DNA of 64,000 nucleotides. Origin: Lama guanicoe (taxonomy: Eukaryota). Below the pieces are notes generated by a model, which saw only the letters and a program-made list of their open reading frames with translations, did not search any database and was not told where the DNA came from. Positions 49,301 to 61,539 of this stretch are shown piece by piece. The stretch is from the NCBI GenBank assembly GCA_013239625.1, contig MU054212.1, positions 1,736,001-1,800,000 on the forward strand, written 5' to 3'. A program made the position numbers and the translations under genes. How positions within the stretch are numbered: the first letter of the stretch is position 1; each line of letters starts with the position of its first letter.

Positions 49301-52300
49301 TGACTCCTTCAAGATTACTTCTCTTTCTTGGAGACAAGAGCAGTTAGACCTCAGATGAGGCCCGCATTCATGCATTCTTGTGCCCCATTTGGACAGTATT
49401 TCTTTTCTTTTCTTTCTTTTAAAAAAAAAATTTTTTTTTTTTTTGGCACATGGACCCAGCTATTCAAGGCACAAGAACCTGGTTGAGACCAATGCACTTC
49501 ACAAAGCAGCGTGATAATGACAAGTGTAATAGTGAGACCCACATAATAGCGGGCCCAGCGATGGGACCCACAGGGGGAGAGCAGGCTCTGGGCTCCAAGA
49601 GGGCCTTTTAAAAATTTAGCCTTAAGGGCGTCTTTCACTTTATTCTCAAAACCCAGGAAGAATGCTGGAGACTCTGAAAAGGAAACAAGTACAACTCCTC
49701 TCAGATTCTCCCCCTTTCTGCTCCTGCAACAAAGCCTGCCTTTTTTACATTTCAAAAGGGGCTGCTTTCTCTTTAAAAAGTAGGAGCTACTTGGTCTGAT
49801 GCGGCTGCCTTCATCAACCATGAAGTTCCCAGCAAGGTGCTGTTAGTGCCTGATTAAACCTCATACCAGCCTGTGTCCCCCATGGTAACCCAGAAGACAT
49901 CCGCTGAGACTGGGAGCGCTGATTCGGTTTAATTGCCCCGGCTCTCTGTGATGGCCAGATTTCTTGTCTCTCAAGGCCTGGAATGGAAATCCATGTGATC
50001 AGATGAACTATCCGGGAGTCCTGACAGATCTGCAGTATGAATATGGAGATGGCATTGTGCTCTGCAGTGACTTCTGAAACCCCAACAGTAAAATGTGATC
50101 TGCCACTGAAATGATTTCAGGAACGCGTGATTCACGTAAAACTCACTTGCTAATGAAACACTAATGATTAATAAATCAGACCAAAAAGAGAAAGAAAAAG
50201 TGCATGTGTACATGTGTGTGTACACAAATACATATAAGATATTATTGATCCACATACCTGGGTATGAGACATGCACGTGTATACATCTCTATATGCAGAA
50301 ATATATAGGGCTCCATTTGGACATTTTAATGGTATCTCCTTATAAATATCTGTCTTTGGATTCTTGCTTTTGGGGGGATTTATAGAATAATAATAACTTG
50401 TATTTACAAGACATCATACTCCAAGGAATTCAGACATCGAAAATGCATGGTTTCTTCCCCTCTCCTCCAACGAATGAAGAAAGAGATGATGCTGTGTCTT
50501 TTTATTTCCTAGAGAGGGAAAACAAGGCATTGATGGAGGCAGCAATGAGCAAGAATTAGAACCAGCAACCTCTGGAATCTGCACCCCATTCCTGCTCTAT
50601 CAGAGGGAGGTGTGCAAGGGAGAAATCAGACAAGACGCCATAACAAACCCCAGGGGCACTGGATTCCTCATAAAACTTCCCTTTCTTGTGGAAAGGCATC
50701 AAAAGCAAAGACGATGATCCCAGAGGATGGAAGGGTCACTTAAGGAACACTATAGAGCAAGTATTCTTGACTTTCTCCTCCTCAGACTCCCACTTAGAAA
50801 TGGCTCTGCCCCCTACCTCCCACCTTGGACTCTTTGCTCCAAGATCTTGAATCTACCAAAGTACTGGGGTTATAGCAACAACTTGACATCTACTAGTCAT
50901 ACCTACTAACCCCTGTGATGACCACGACATCCTTCCCATCCACAAAAACTAGCCATCCTTAACACACAGACTTGCTGTATTTCTAGCCAAAGCAAAGAAG
51001 TTTTACTGATTTCTTCTGCAGCCCTATTCTGAGTAAATATGTGATTTCCATTAGGCTTTTTGAATTATGTAAAGTCTGTAGACTCCCATTACTACCTTCA
51101 GGACCTCTTGGTGTTTGGGGATCCCTTCCTGGGAATCACTCCTATGCCCAAAATGAGTTTGAAGATGAAAATTATTGCTAAGGGGAAAAGAACTGTTGGT
51201 GTAACAAGATATTTAAAGCAAAATTTTTTTCCCACCTGTGTCCGTCAGGGCCAAGCAAAAGGGTATTTTCCAAATGAGAGTAACCACTAAGCAAAATGTG
51301 TAAAACTGAGACATGAGGCAAAAAAGAGCAGAGCATTCACTTTAAAGAGAAGAGGATTCTATTGTGTTCAGCTGTTCCTCCCGAAATAACATTTCCATTC
51401 AGCTGCGCGATCTTCTGGCCTCCCCAAACTTTATTAGGTTTTTGGCAATTACCCCAAGGAGACCCAAAGAGAGACAGGTAATAATTACACTACTGACATG
51501 CATAGCGTGACAGAAATAAAGGAAGCTGCACACAACTTTTCATTAATTAATGTATTTTTTCCTCAGTGCTATAAGGAAGGAAATTGTAAATTTGTAATCA
51601 GGCAGGTCTCTAAGTTTTCCAAGAATGGCTGTTCCCTGCCCCCATCCACAGCTGGAGTAAAAGGACAATATGTTGCCCTCTGTGCAAATCCGGACATGGT
51701 TCCTACGTTATTCAAGTACGTTTTCAGAGATAGTCATAAATCTCTTTTTATATTTTTTATTAATTCATTTTGAAAGGCTTTCTTTATTCTACACCTCCAG
51801 GATCTGTTAGACAGTTTCCTGAGTCTGGAGTTTCATGGAGAAAGGCTGTCTGGGAACCAAACTCCACCAGTGGTTTGATGGTGCCTGAGCACAAGCCACC
51901 AGCCAGAACTGTGCCTATAGTGAACAAAGTTTGGGGTCCTTTCTATAGAGGAGCCTTAGGGATGTCCCCTCCCCCAACATGATGGAGACCAGTTCCTAGA
52001 AAGTGGACAGAGGCACCTAATCACCCTGGTGATAAAGCTGATCACCTTGTTAACAAACAAAGGAGGACTATCGGTACCAGTTAATTTCCACTAACTAGTT
52101 AATGCAAATAAGGACAGCTAATCTGCAAAAGTTTGACTTTATTTCATTTATAGCATTTCTCCACCCCAACTTTAAATGTAAATAAGTCTCACGAATTGAG
52201 TACCTTATCCTTTTGGTCCACTGATGGATTATCCAGAATCTGATTTTGCATTTCCCCCAAAGAGAAGCCACTTAAAAATAGCTGTTGCTCTACACAGATG

Positions 52301-52311
52301 TCAAATAAGTG

Positions 52312-52330
52312 TGTCCTGCAGGGGGCGCAG
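52312..52330 (+). promoter_or_regulatory. Candidate CTCF binding site
   Basis: TGTCCTGCAGGGGGCGCAG is a close match to the CTCF core consensus (CCASYAGRKGGCRS) and retains its CpG. Confidence 0.55.
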
Positions 52331-52454
52331 TAGACGCAGGAACCCAGATCTGCCTCAGGAGAGGATGTCTTGAGAAGTAGCGTGAAACTAAGGGAAGACA
52401 AATTGACAGTTGGGTATTTGGAAAGTGTTCCTTACAGTCAAGTCTCTGAGGCGA

Positions 52455-52625
52455 GGGAGGTGTCTCTCAAGGGAGAGTGGTAGGAACCCCACTTTCAGAG
52501 GCATTTAGAAGGAGGCCTGGCTGGAGCTATGGAAAATTAACCATAGGAAACAACTGAGCCCTGGCAGGGGAGACAGGAGACAAATTTCAGAGCTCTTTCC
52601 AGCTCTAATTTCTAAAAATCTGATT
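52455..52625 (+). mobile_element. CR1/L3 LINE 3' fragment
   Basis: gtggtaggaaccccactttcagaggcatttagaaggaggcctgg...gagctctttccagctctaatttcta resembles the L3/CR1 3' end. Confidence 0.5.
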
Positions 52626-54111
52626 AGACTATAGAGAGGAAAGGAAAATGTGAAACGGGGTCAACAAAGGGAGGAACAAAAGCCAGAAGAGAGACAAATG
52701 TAATACTGTTAAGGCACCCAGTTAGGACGCACACTGCTAAAGCCCTAATCGTCTGTCATCCAGCCACTGTCCCATCCCAGCTGCCATGGAAGGGTGGGTG
52801 TCTTAAGAGAACTCAAGCAGGCAGCTGACAACCAAGTGGGGCGAGGGGAGACCTCTCTGAACTCACTTGGAAAAACACTGAGAACTTGAGCGCCGTTTGT
52901 CTAAACAAAACACTGAAAGAAGGGAAGCCTGGGATGGGGCAGTGGCTAAGATTCCTGTCCTGGTGGAGTTTGACTGTTCCTTCTTGCTTTTAATCGATGC
53001 AAAACTGTCGAAACAGTCTACTTTCCTGAGCAGAGAAGTCCAGACTTAAGCTTTGGGTTACTTTTTTTGAAGGACTTCCGGAGATACCACAATGGCAAGT
53101 GATTTCCCTGATTTTTGGCGTACCTCGTTGTAGATTATCAGAATATCCCAGATGCTAGCTACTTCACTCCTCTGCCTTATTAAACTTCATTTAAATCAGC
53201 CCAGATTAAATATTTGGGTCATATAGTATTCCAGCATGAGTAAACAAGGCCTATATATTTATAATTGTGTGTGTGCCTCTGTGTGTGTGTGTGTGTCAAG
53301 AACAGTAGACGTTTCCATACTACTGATTTTTTTTTAAACTGGTCAAAAGAACTGTGTCCTGCATTGAGTGTGAACCAAGTTCCAAAAAGGCAGTTTCCCT
53401 GAGCATGCACAGACAAAGGAAATAGTTTCCTTACGGAAAGAAATCACTTGAAAGCTTTTAGGCCAGACCCTCTCTGGCTCAGATTTCCTTTCTTTTAGCC
53501 CTTTGATGAACAACTCATATGGAGATGCAAGCGTCCTTGTGCCTGGTTTGAATTTAAGCTGTTGCTGACTTGAGTGGAAAACTTTCATAAACTCCACTCC
53601 GGCTTTCTTCCCTGCCTTCACCACTGTCGACTAGTCTCTGATATGTCCTTGGATATTCATCTTGAGTCATTTCATTCATGTCATCAACATGGCAGAAAAC
53701 ACATTTTTTCCCGAGAGAGACAGCGTTCATTCTGCTCATCTCTCCTGTGGCGCTGAGCACTGCCATTCTCCTTCTAGGGCTGGGGGAGGTGGATGGGGGT
53801 GGAGGACAGCTGGATGCAGGAAGGTATACTGGAACAGGAGTGATGCTTTGGGGTGCTTGCTGGTGCCACATGGATCCCATCCTGTACCCTCACGAGAAGC
53901 CATATTCTCCATGGGCCTTTCTTCAGGAATGAGCTAGGTAGAGAATATACTTTTAAAGAAAAGGCTCTGCCTTCGAAGCAGGACTCTTTCTCCTGGTCAC
54001 TTAAGAACAGCATTCTGAATGGGTTTCTTCTCCTCTGTGCTGGGCTCTTTGGTGAGAGTTGAGAGTCGGATGCCCAGAACATTTTGTTCAGGAATCTGTG
54101 TTGCCTTCAGG

Positions 54112-54298
54112 ATCGTATGGTGAAAAACAGGAGCTTTGGAATCAAGCCAGTCTGGATTTGGAGCTCAGCTCTGCCACTTCAATGGTAACTTTGAACAAGT
54201 AACTTAAGTCTTCCTGGTCTTCAGCTTATCTGTGAATTTGAGTTATTGCCCTCAATTTATGGGTAATTGTGAGGATTAAATGAGATTACATTTCTAAT
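54112..54298 (+). mobile_element. MIR SINE
   Basis: gctttggaatcaagccagtctggatttggagctcagctctgccact...gtaactttgaacaagtaacttaa...ttgtgaggattaaatgagat. Confidence 0.85.
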
Positions 54299-55041
54299 GT
54301 TCCCTGTCTTGGCTTCATTCTTTCTCTCTGACCCTCTGCTCTTCTTGATAATTTTGCAAATTCTCCTGGCCCTACGTAACTACAACAATTGTGTCCAGTC
54401 CAAGAATGGAGCATCCAAGAATCTCCCTAGGGGATGTGGGGCCTGAGGCAAATCACACTGCGTATCCCCACTCCCAACATGCTTACAGAGACATGTTCAG
54501 ATTTAAGAGCATTTCAAAGGCAGATTCAAATTGAGGAAAAATACATCACCAAAGGAAAAGCGTAAGAAATTCATGTGGAGTCAGGGAAAGGGAGCATCTT
54601 GTCTGGGCTCAGGATGGCAGTGTCAGGGGCTATGACTTACTGTCCCAAACTTTCCATCATTTGTCTCCCCACTCCCAACAGCACAGATCCCTGATGGCAC
54701 CTACATTATTCTCAATGCTGGATCACTGTAACAGTACCCGAGGGCCCCCTGGCCCCGTTTGATCACCCTGATTGGCCAAAACCTCCAGAAGTGATTGCCA
54801 GAAACACTTCTCTCCCCACAAATGAGAGTTTCTGAGCTTCAGGAGGCTCGTTTGCCACAGTTCCTTCAAAACAATTGGTTATAAACGAGCCAGGTAGATT
54901 TAGGATGGGGCAAATCTGGCAGATTGCTACCCACACACCCATTTCAATTAAAAATATGGAATCAATTTTTTAAAAAACCAGACAGGATGTAACTATATAA
55001 CAAAGGCTTCAGCCTGAAAGTAAGCCACTGGCATTAAATGG

Positions 55042-55547
55042 TGTACTAGTTTCCTACAGCTGCTATAACAAATTGCTACCACTGTAGTGGCTTAAAACAA
55101 CACAAATTTCTTCTCTTACAGTTCTGGAAGCCAGAAGTCCGAAATCAGTCTCACTAGGCTAACGTCAAGGTTGACACCTGACACCAGGGCTAGTTCTTTC
55201 TATAGGCTCCTTGGGGGCGGGGGTGGGGGTGGGGTGGGCGAGCATCTGCTTCTTGCCTCTTCCAGTGTCTTGTGGCTCTCAGCTTTCTTGGCATGAGGCT
55301 ACATCACTTCCACCTCTGCCTCTGTGGTCACATCGTCTTCTCCTCTCCTGCAGTCAAGTCTCTTCTGCCTCCTTTTTATAAGGCCACTTAGGATGACAGT
55401 TAGGGCCCACCACGTAAGCCAAGATAATCCCCCCAACTCAAGACTCTTAATCACATCTGCCAAGTCCTTTTGCATTTGAGGTAACATTCATAGGCTTTGG
55501 GGGTTAGGATGTGGATCTCTTTGGGGGCCATTACTCAGCCTCCCACA
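55042..55547 (-). mobile_element. MLT1C/D-like MaLR solo LTR, full length, with a 5-bp TSD
   Basis: TG...CA termini: tgtactagtttcct...ggcttaaaacaacacaaattt...cagttctggaagccagaagtcc...ggccattactcagcctcccaca. TSD aatgg (55037-55041) / aacgg (55548-55552). Confidence 0.92.
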
Positions 55548-57139
55548 AACGGGAAGCCTGCTCATTAACAACGGCTGGCAGTTGTCTTGTTAAAATGTGT
55601 TCTTTGCCCAAATGCACAGAAAACCAGCATTCTTTGGCACCTTTTTTTTTTAATTTTCAATCTACAATCATATTCCAAGCCAGTATATTACAGGAGCATC
55701 ATGTCCTGCAAGTACCATGGTCGTTGCCATCTCAGGAAAGGAGCTGAGAAGTAGCCCCTAAAAAAATAAGCTGTCTAAGACCTTCCTCTCCTCCGTGTGG
55801 AATTACCATATAAAAGCATCTCAGTCATTTTCCACCGTATCAAAGTTGATGAAGTGCTCTAGATCTGGCCAGAAAGCATATGCTCTTCCAGACACATAAA
55901 AACCTAAATATCTACCTCCTTAAGGGACAGAGAAGTGGCATTTAAGCCCAGAATGGTTGTCCAGTTGAAAAACAGGAAGTTGAAAGGGGACAGCTATTTA
56001 AAAGTCTTTCTAATATGACCTATTCCCCAAGCAATTCATCTCAGGGTCACAGCCTTTGTTACTAGGTGGCATAACATTTATTGCTGTAGTGTCCTGGGCT
56101 CCTTGGATTGGTAGCAGACACATCTAGTCCTCAGAGTATGAGCAACGTTGATAATGTCCTCCTACCCTAGGCAAGCTGAACTTCAACCACCAAGATACTG
56201 GTTGACATTAAGACTTCGCAGCACCTACCATTGTCTGTCACCTCCCAAGATAAACTCTCCTGTGATAGGTTTCTCCCATCACCAGCCACTGATGCCATTT
56301 TATTCTATCTCTTTTGTAGACTAGCTCTTGGGTCCCTGACACTGCCTGGCTTGCTGAGTTTGGTCATATGCTCAAAGCTAAATTCACAGACCTCCAGACC
56401 TCAGAGTGTGATGGGATAGGAAATAATCAGAGGACCTGGACAGAGTAAGACTGTCAGAGAAACTGCAAATCAGCAAAACAATGAAAACCCCTTGACCCTG
56501 AGCACATCTGCCACGTATTTAATTCTATGTTCTTGCCAAGCCCCGAAAACCCAGACTGGGGAGCCTTGGAGGCGGCGAGGGGTCATGCAGTCTAGGAGAG
56601 CTAGAGGTGAAAAGCCTGGCAGGTTGCCACTCACACAGTCCACTCTCCGGGAAGGAGCCACTGGTGGCGGGGCAGGGGTGCCAGAGCCACGAGGAGAGCC
56701 TTGGATGCAAACCTAAGAGGCTGCGGGAGTGTCTGGGTGACCAGCCACCCTCGAACTGAACTGATTTTATCTGCTTGTTACGTTGCCAGCTGGCTCTAGA
56801 CCAAAGGAAGCAAGCGAGGCTTTAGCTTTTCTTTGGGGTTCTGATCTTGAGGTGACATTAAGGAGATGCCACCATTTGGGAGGAAGTGAGATCCTGGAGG
56901 GATCTTCATCTCCACGTTCCAGGTCAAATTGAAAAGAAGCCAGGCACAGAAAGGGTTTGTCTTGGGAAATGCCAGGAGGACCTTCACGACAGAGCTCCAC
57001 CTACCTCTCCAGCCTCATTTTCACTCCTCTCCGCCTGCCCCCTGTGACCCACTCAACACATACATGTAAACCTTTAGCTCCAGGAAGTCAGAGGCTCTCC
57101 TTTCAGTTTCTCTTCCCTGCCCTTCATTCTTCTCATCTT

Positions 57140-57385
57140 TCTCCTCTAATTCTCTAGTTCAGATGTCACTGCCCCTTGATCCTTTCTAGGAATTCCCATT
57201 CTGGACTAGTTTACCCTCTCCGAGTCTCCCTCAGCATCTGTCACACTGCTTATTACATGAGCTACTAGAATGCTTAATCTATCCATCTTTCTTGCTAGAC
57301 CAGATCGTGTTTGAGGGGAGAATTTTATCCTTACATTCCTAGCCTGGTACGTGGTCAGGATGCGGTCAGTGTTGGTGAGGAGATG
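57140..57385 (+). mobile_element. LINE L2 fragment
   Basis: tagttcagatgtcactgcc...cttgctagacc...ttgaggggagaattttatcc...cctagcctggtacgtggtcagg. Confidence 0.55.
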
Positions 57386-57799
57386 GCATTGGTATATCAG
57401 ACACTCCTTTTGGAAGAGACCTTTGAGCTTGACCTTTGGTGTCAGAGAGTGTACGGTGGATGCACTAGGAGGAACAGGTATGAGACCTCAGAGCTTCACA
57501 CGCATCATTTTTTTTTAAAGAAAAGTGGCCCTATCTGATTTTTTTTAAAAATTTTAGTTGCCATGGTGCATTCTTTCTGGGAGGTGAAACCAGGGTGCAG
57601 AATGAGCAGCAAGATAACCACATAAGTTCCAAACCCAGGAAACTTAGCCATCTTGGAAATACCATCAGGAATTCTGCCCAGTGCAAGTGCTCCATATTGA
57701 ACGCACCTATGCCAACCCAATCAAATCTCTCTTTGGGAAGAATAAAGGAAAATCAAAGGCCAGATATGATAATGTTCTGGAATATTCCATGTGCTCACC

Positions 57800-58140
57800 T
57801 ACAATTCTGATACTCTCATTAGTTGAACTGGGGAGCCTGAGATTTGTTTTGGTCCATAGACTGCATTGGAAGTGACATATGTCACCCCTGAGCCAAAACA
57901 GAAAAGTAAGTGTGAATGCTCCAAATACTCACTGCCCCACTGTGGTGATCACGTAGGACTCACACTGAGATGGCAGAGTGAGAGGATCAAAGCAGCCTGG
58001 ATGGTGGAGTCACCACATGGAGAAGAGCTGCCTGGAAGAGCTGCCCAAACCCGCAGCAGAGTTTGCATGAATGAGATATAAATGTGTGCTGTCATGAGCC
58101 ACATAGATTTGGGGTGACAAATGGCCTATGCTAACTAGAG
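57800..58140 (+). mobile_element. MLT1I/J-like MaLR LTR
   Basis: ggaagtgacatatgtcacccctgagcc...gagatggcagag...gcagcctggatggtggagtcaccacatggag...atgagatataaatgtgtgctgtcatgagccac. Confidence 0.75.
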
Positions 58141-60352
58141 CAAGCAAGTTGTCCTAAAACACTCTCTTGCACACTTATGAAGTAGACCACTACTTAGTGT
58201 CAGAAGTGTTGACCTGATTGTGACTGTCTCTTCTCCTTCATGGGAACCAGTATGTACCTTTCCCTCAAGAGCCCAAGGGTCCTGGCGGGCTGATAGGACC
58301 CGTGAATTCACTGAGTGTGTTGTGGAAAATTCAGAGGACAACCACTGCCGTATGGGCTGTGTGCATCTGTGAACCTTCCTTACACAGATCCTGAATTATA
58401 GCCTCACGTATCAGTCATCAGATGGCAGGGACAGAGATAATGGAGGAAAGTGGTGAGATTAGATATTTAACACTTTTGTATGTCTTGTTACAGGAATTTA
58501 AAAGAACTGTACCTCTCAGACCATTGTTTGACCTCTGATGTGTGTTCATTACTTAATATTTATTAAATGCTTAGTAATTACAAATTCTTAATTTGGTGCA
58601 GAGATGTTTTCTTGGCCAGCCTCCAGCATACGTCCATCCCACATGGGTACTGGGCATCCTTCATGGACCGCTATTTACTGATTCAAATGCCAGACCTCTG
58701 AACAGAGCAAGTGTTCAATGCAGTCTGAATGAACAAATTTGTTTCACTCCTGTCTTCCCTTACCTACATGAGATCTTACCAACACAGACTCCGCTAGCCT
58801 GAGCTGGAGGAAGCAATTCCCTTTTAAGTAAACACCCACCTGGTTGTTGACGGTAGGCTCCATCAGAAATATTCTAGAATTTCTTTTCCTCAGAAAAAAA
58901 GTGATTATCATATAGACCTAGAAGGGCGAATGAGTTTGATTTGCAAACAACCTTAAAATGCACAGTTCCCTCTCTCTCTCTCTCTCCTCTTTCTCTCTGT
59001 AAAGCACCGTGAGGCATTTCCTATTAAAAATTTCAGCTCTGCTTCTTATCACCTTTGCCCTCTTCCCCGCTCTGACTTTAAATTCAGGAGATGGTTTCCC
59101 TGGGGAATATAGATCCTGGTGCCATGTGATCTGGCCTAAAGGGTAATATGACAGAGCGAAACAAAGGGGGATGCTAACCTCGCTTTCTGCCAGCCAGGCA
59201 CACATCTCCCACTGGCTGGGGGGGCCTTGCAGTGCATGGGCTCAACAATAATGCCCGTTAGTATGATTCAGTCCTTGGCAAGGCTGGTTCTGAGTTAGCA
59301 AGGGGCCATGGAATTAGCAAAATTTCTGGTGTTTAGAAAGGACTGGTGAAAGAAACGTCTTTTTTCATGGCTTTTATTGTTTTAATCTTTTTTTTTTTAC
59401 TATAGAATTAATACTTGCTTATTACGGAAAAGAGAGAAAAATCATTTTTTAATCTAACCATGTGGATGCTCCTTTTAACATGTTGGTTTGAATCCTCTCT
59501 CTCTCTCTTTGTGAGTATGTATGTGTGTGTGCATGTGTGTGTGTGAATTCATGTGTATTCAAGTATAATTACTTATATGAAATTGTATATACTTAATATT
59601 ATCATCATAACGTCATATTAATTATCTTAAGAAATCAGAGTTTCCATTCTGGAGACAACTGTATAAGAAAAAACAATAAATATAGTTAGGAAAATATCTT
59701 GATGTCTTGCTCAAAGTTGGACAGTGTGACAGGAAAGCACGATTGACAAGAGACAAATAGACCAGAGGTGGATGGACTGCAGATACTCTGAGGTTAGAGA
59801 TGGAGTTGTAAAACTGGCAGAAGGACATTTTGAGACATTTTAGAAAAATCTGACATTCATTTGGATTTTTCTTGTATGCGGCACTGAAATGTAATCCTTC
59901 TCGTTAGCTCCCCAAACCTCCAGTGCCTTCTGGGCTGCTTTGTGGAAGACATCAAGGAAAGATGCTCTGTCCCACTTCTGGGGTGATATGCTGGGATGTT
60001 ATCCCGGGATAGCACAGAGAAGGACAAGACTACTTCAGCACCAGGATGAGCTCGGAGCCAGAGGAATGAGGAAAACAGTAGGTTGCCACCCCTGCGGAAT
60101 GCCTGGACCTCAGGAAGAGTCTCTAGAGAGAATAGGAGAAAAGGAGAGAATGTAGAATGAGGTTGGGGTGAATCTAATGTGAATTCCAAAGGGTCAGGTG
60201 CGTTGGCCATCATCTGGATTATATGTATGTGGTTTTAAAAAGTGATTATCATGCTATTTCTGTTATATCACACTCCAGGGATTTTCACATAACAGTTATT
60301 TCAAGACCATCCATGAAAATAGATACCATAGACATCATCATGTTAATGTGGC

Positions 60353-61135
60353 TGTGACAGAGGTTGGCTAGCTAGTTATGATCAATGTTACTAGTATTCT
60401 CTCTCATTCTAAATCTATGAAGGCCCCACTTGTCACCCCCTTGCAGTTGGGCATGGCCATGTGACTTAACTGTGAGTAGAAGCGACAAGTAATGCTTCTT
60501 GGTTGAAGAAAAGACAGTGAATGCATCTCCAGTTCCCCTCTTCCCTGTCTTAACAATCAAGAAAGAGGTCGTGTGTTGAGATGATGGTGCCGAAGGTTGA
60601 CACTGATTTGGATTGCCAAGTCATCACGCGGCAGACAGATGCCTGTACTGTCCTCAGACTGTGTGGGCAAGACATACATTTGTGTGGGTTGAGTCACTGT
60701 GATGTGTGGAGTTGTTATTGCAGTGTTAGTAAGTTTATTCTGACTAATACATTGGTCACCAAATCCATTTCCTTCTTTTCCTGGGTGCTTGGCTAGATTA
60801 ACTTTCACATCTTTCCTTGACTTTGTGGCTGAATTTTAGCCAATGGATTATGAGCAGAGCTATGCATTGTTACCTTTGGGTTGAGATGGTGACACATGGG
60901 TTTACCTTCTCTCCTCTTTTTCCCCTTCTGCTGACGACCATGAAGCCTAGGAGATGAAGGAGCCCTACGTTTAAAATGATTATGGATCCTTGAAATACTG
61001 CTTGAAGGAGGGCTGTCCACCATTTGGAAAGGCTTGTGTGAGACTTCAAGTGCATGAAAATAAATTCATATCATGTCAGAGCCATTCCACGTTTTTGGTG
61101 TTGTTTACAATGGCAGCTAGCATTACCTTAACTTT
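60353..61135 (+). mobile_element. Two adjacent or nested MLT1 (J-like) MaLR LTRs
   Basis: The first ends ...ttgttattgcagtgttagt...ctgactaataca (60751). The second runs tcaccaaatccatttcc...ttagccaatggattatgagcaga...aaataaattc...gttgtttacaatggcagctagcattacctta. Confidence 0.75.
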
Positions 61136-61137
61136 GA

Positions 61138-61480
61138 AAGAAACTGATGCTTTGAAGTGAGTGTTTCCATAACCAAAATCTAAAATAGATGTCATCTGGC
61201 TTGGGGTGGAATGGCAGATGGCAAGTAATCTAGCTGTCTGGAGGGCCAAGTGCTCCATTACCCATTGGCAAAACGCTTGGTAAAATTGTTGCCTGCAATG
61301 ACCTGGAAGGCTGACCAGGTCTATACCAAGACCACGAACTGAGAGAAACTGTTGGGAAGTGTCAGGATGAGTCTGTGATGGCTCCTATTATCTGACTTTA
61401 ACAAGGTTTTATGAGAAAAAGATGTGCTGATGCAAGAACTGGCTAGTTTCCAAGCAGAGATGGAAAGGAGAGAGTTCGTT
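61138..61480 (+). mobile_element. MLT1-int (MaLR internal region) fragment
   Basis: Directly follows the LTR: gaagtgagtgtttccataaccaaaatctaaa...ggcaaaacgcttggtaaaattgttgcctgcaatgacctggaaggc...aaggttttatgagaaaaagatg...gaactggctagtttccaagcaga. Confidence 0.7.
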
Positions 61481-61539
61481 TTGGACATAATGTGAGAACT
61501 GAACTTCCACCACGTGGATATTTTTGGTTCTGTTTTTTA

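Noticed and set aside
49400..49444. T-run/A10/T14 self-complementary tract
   Set aside because: Ordinary mononucleotide slippage with no associated element.
56651..56675. CTCF-like gccactggtggcgg
   Set aside because: Lacks one core base relative to the CCACYAGRKGGC spacing; a weak match.
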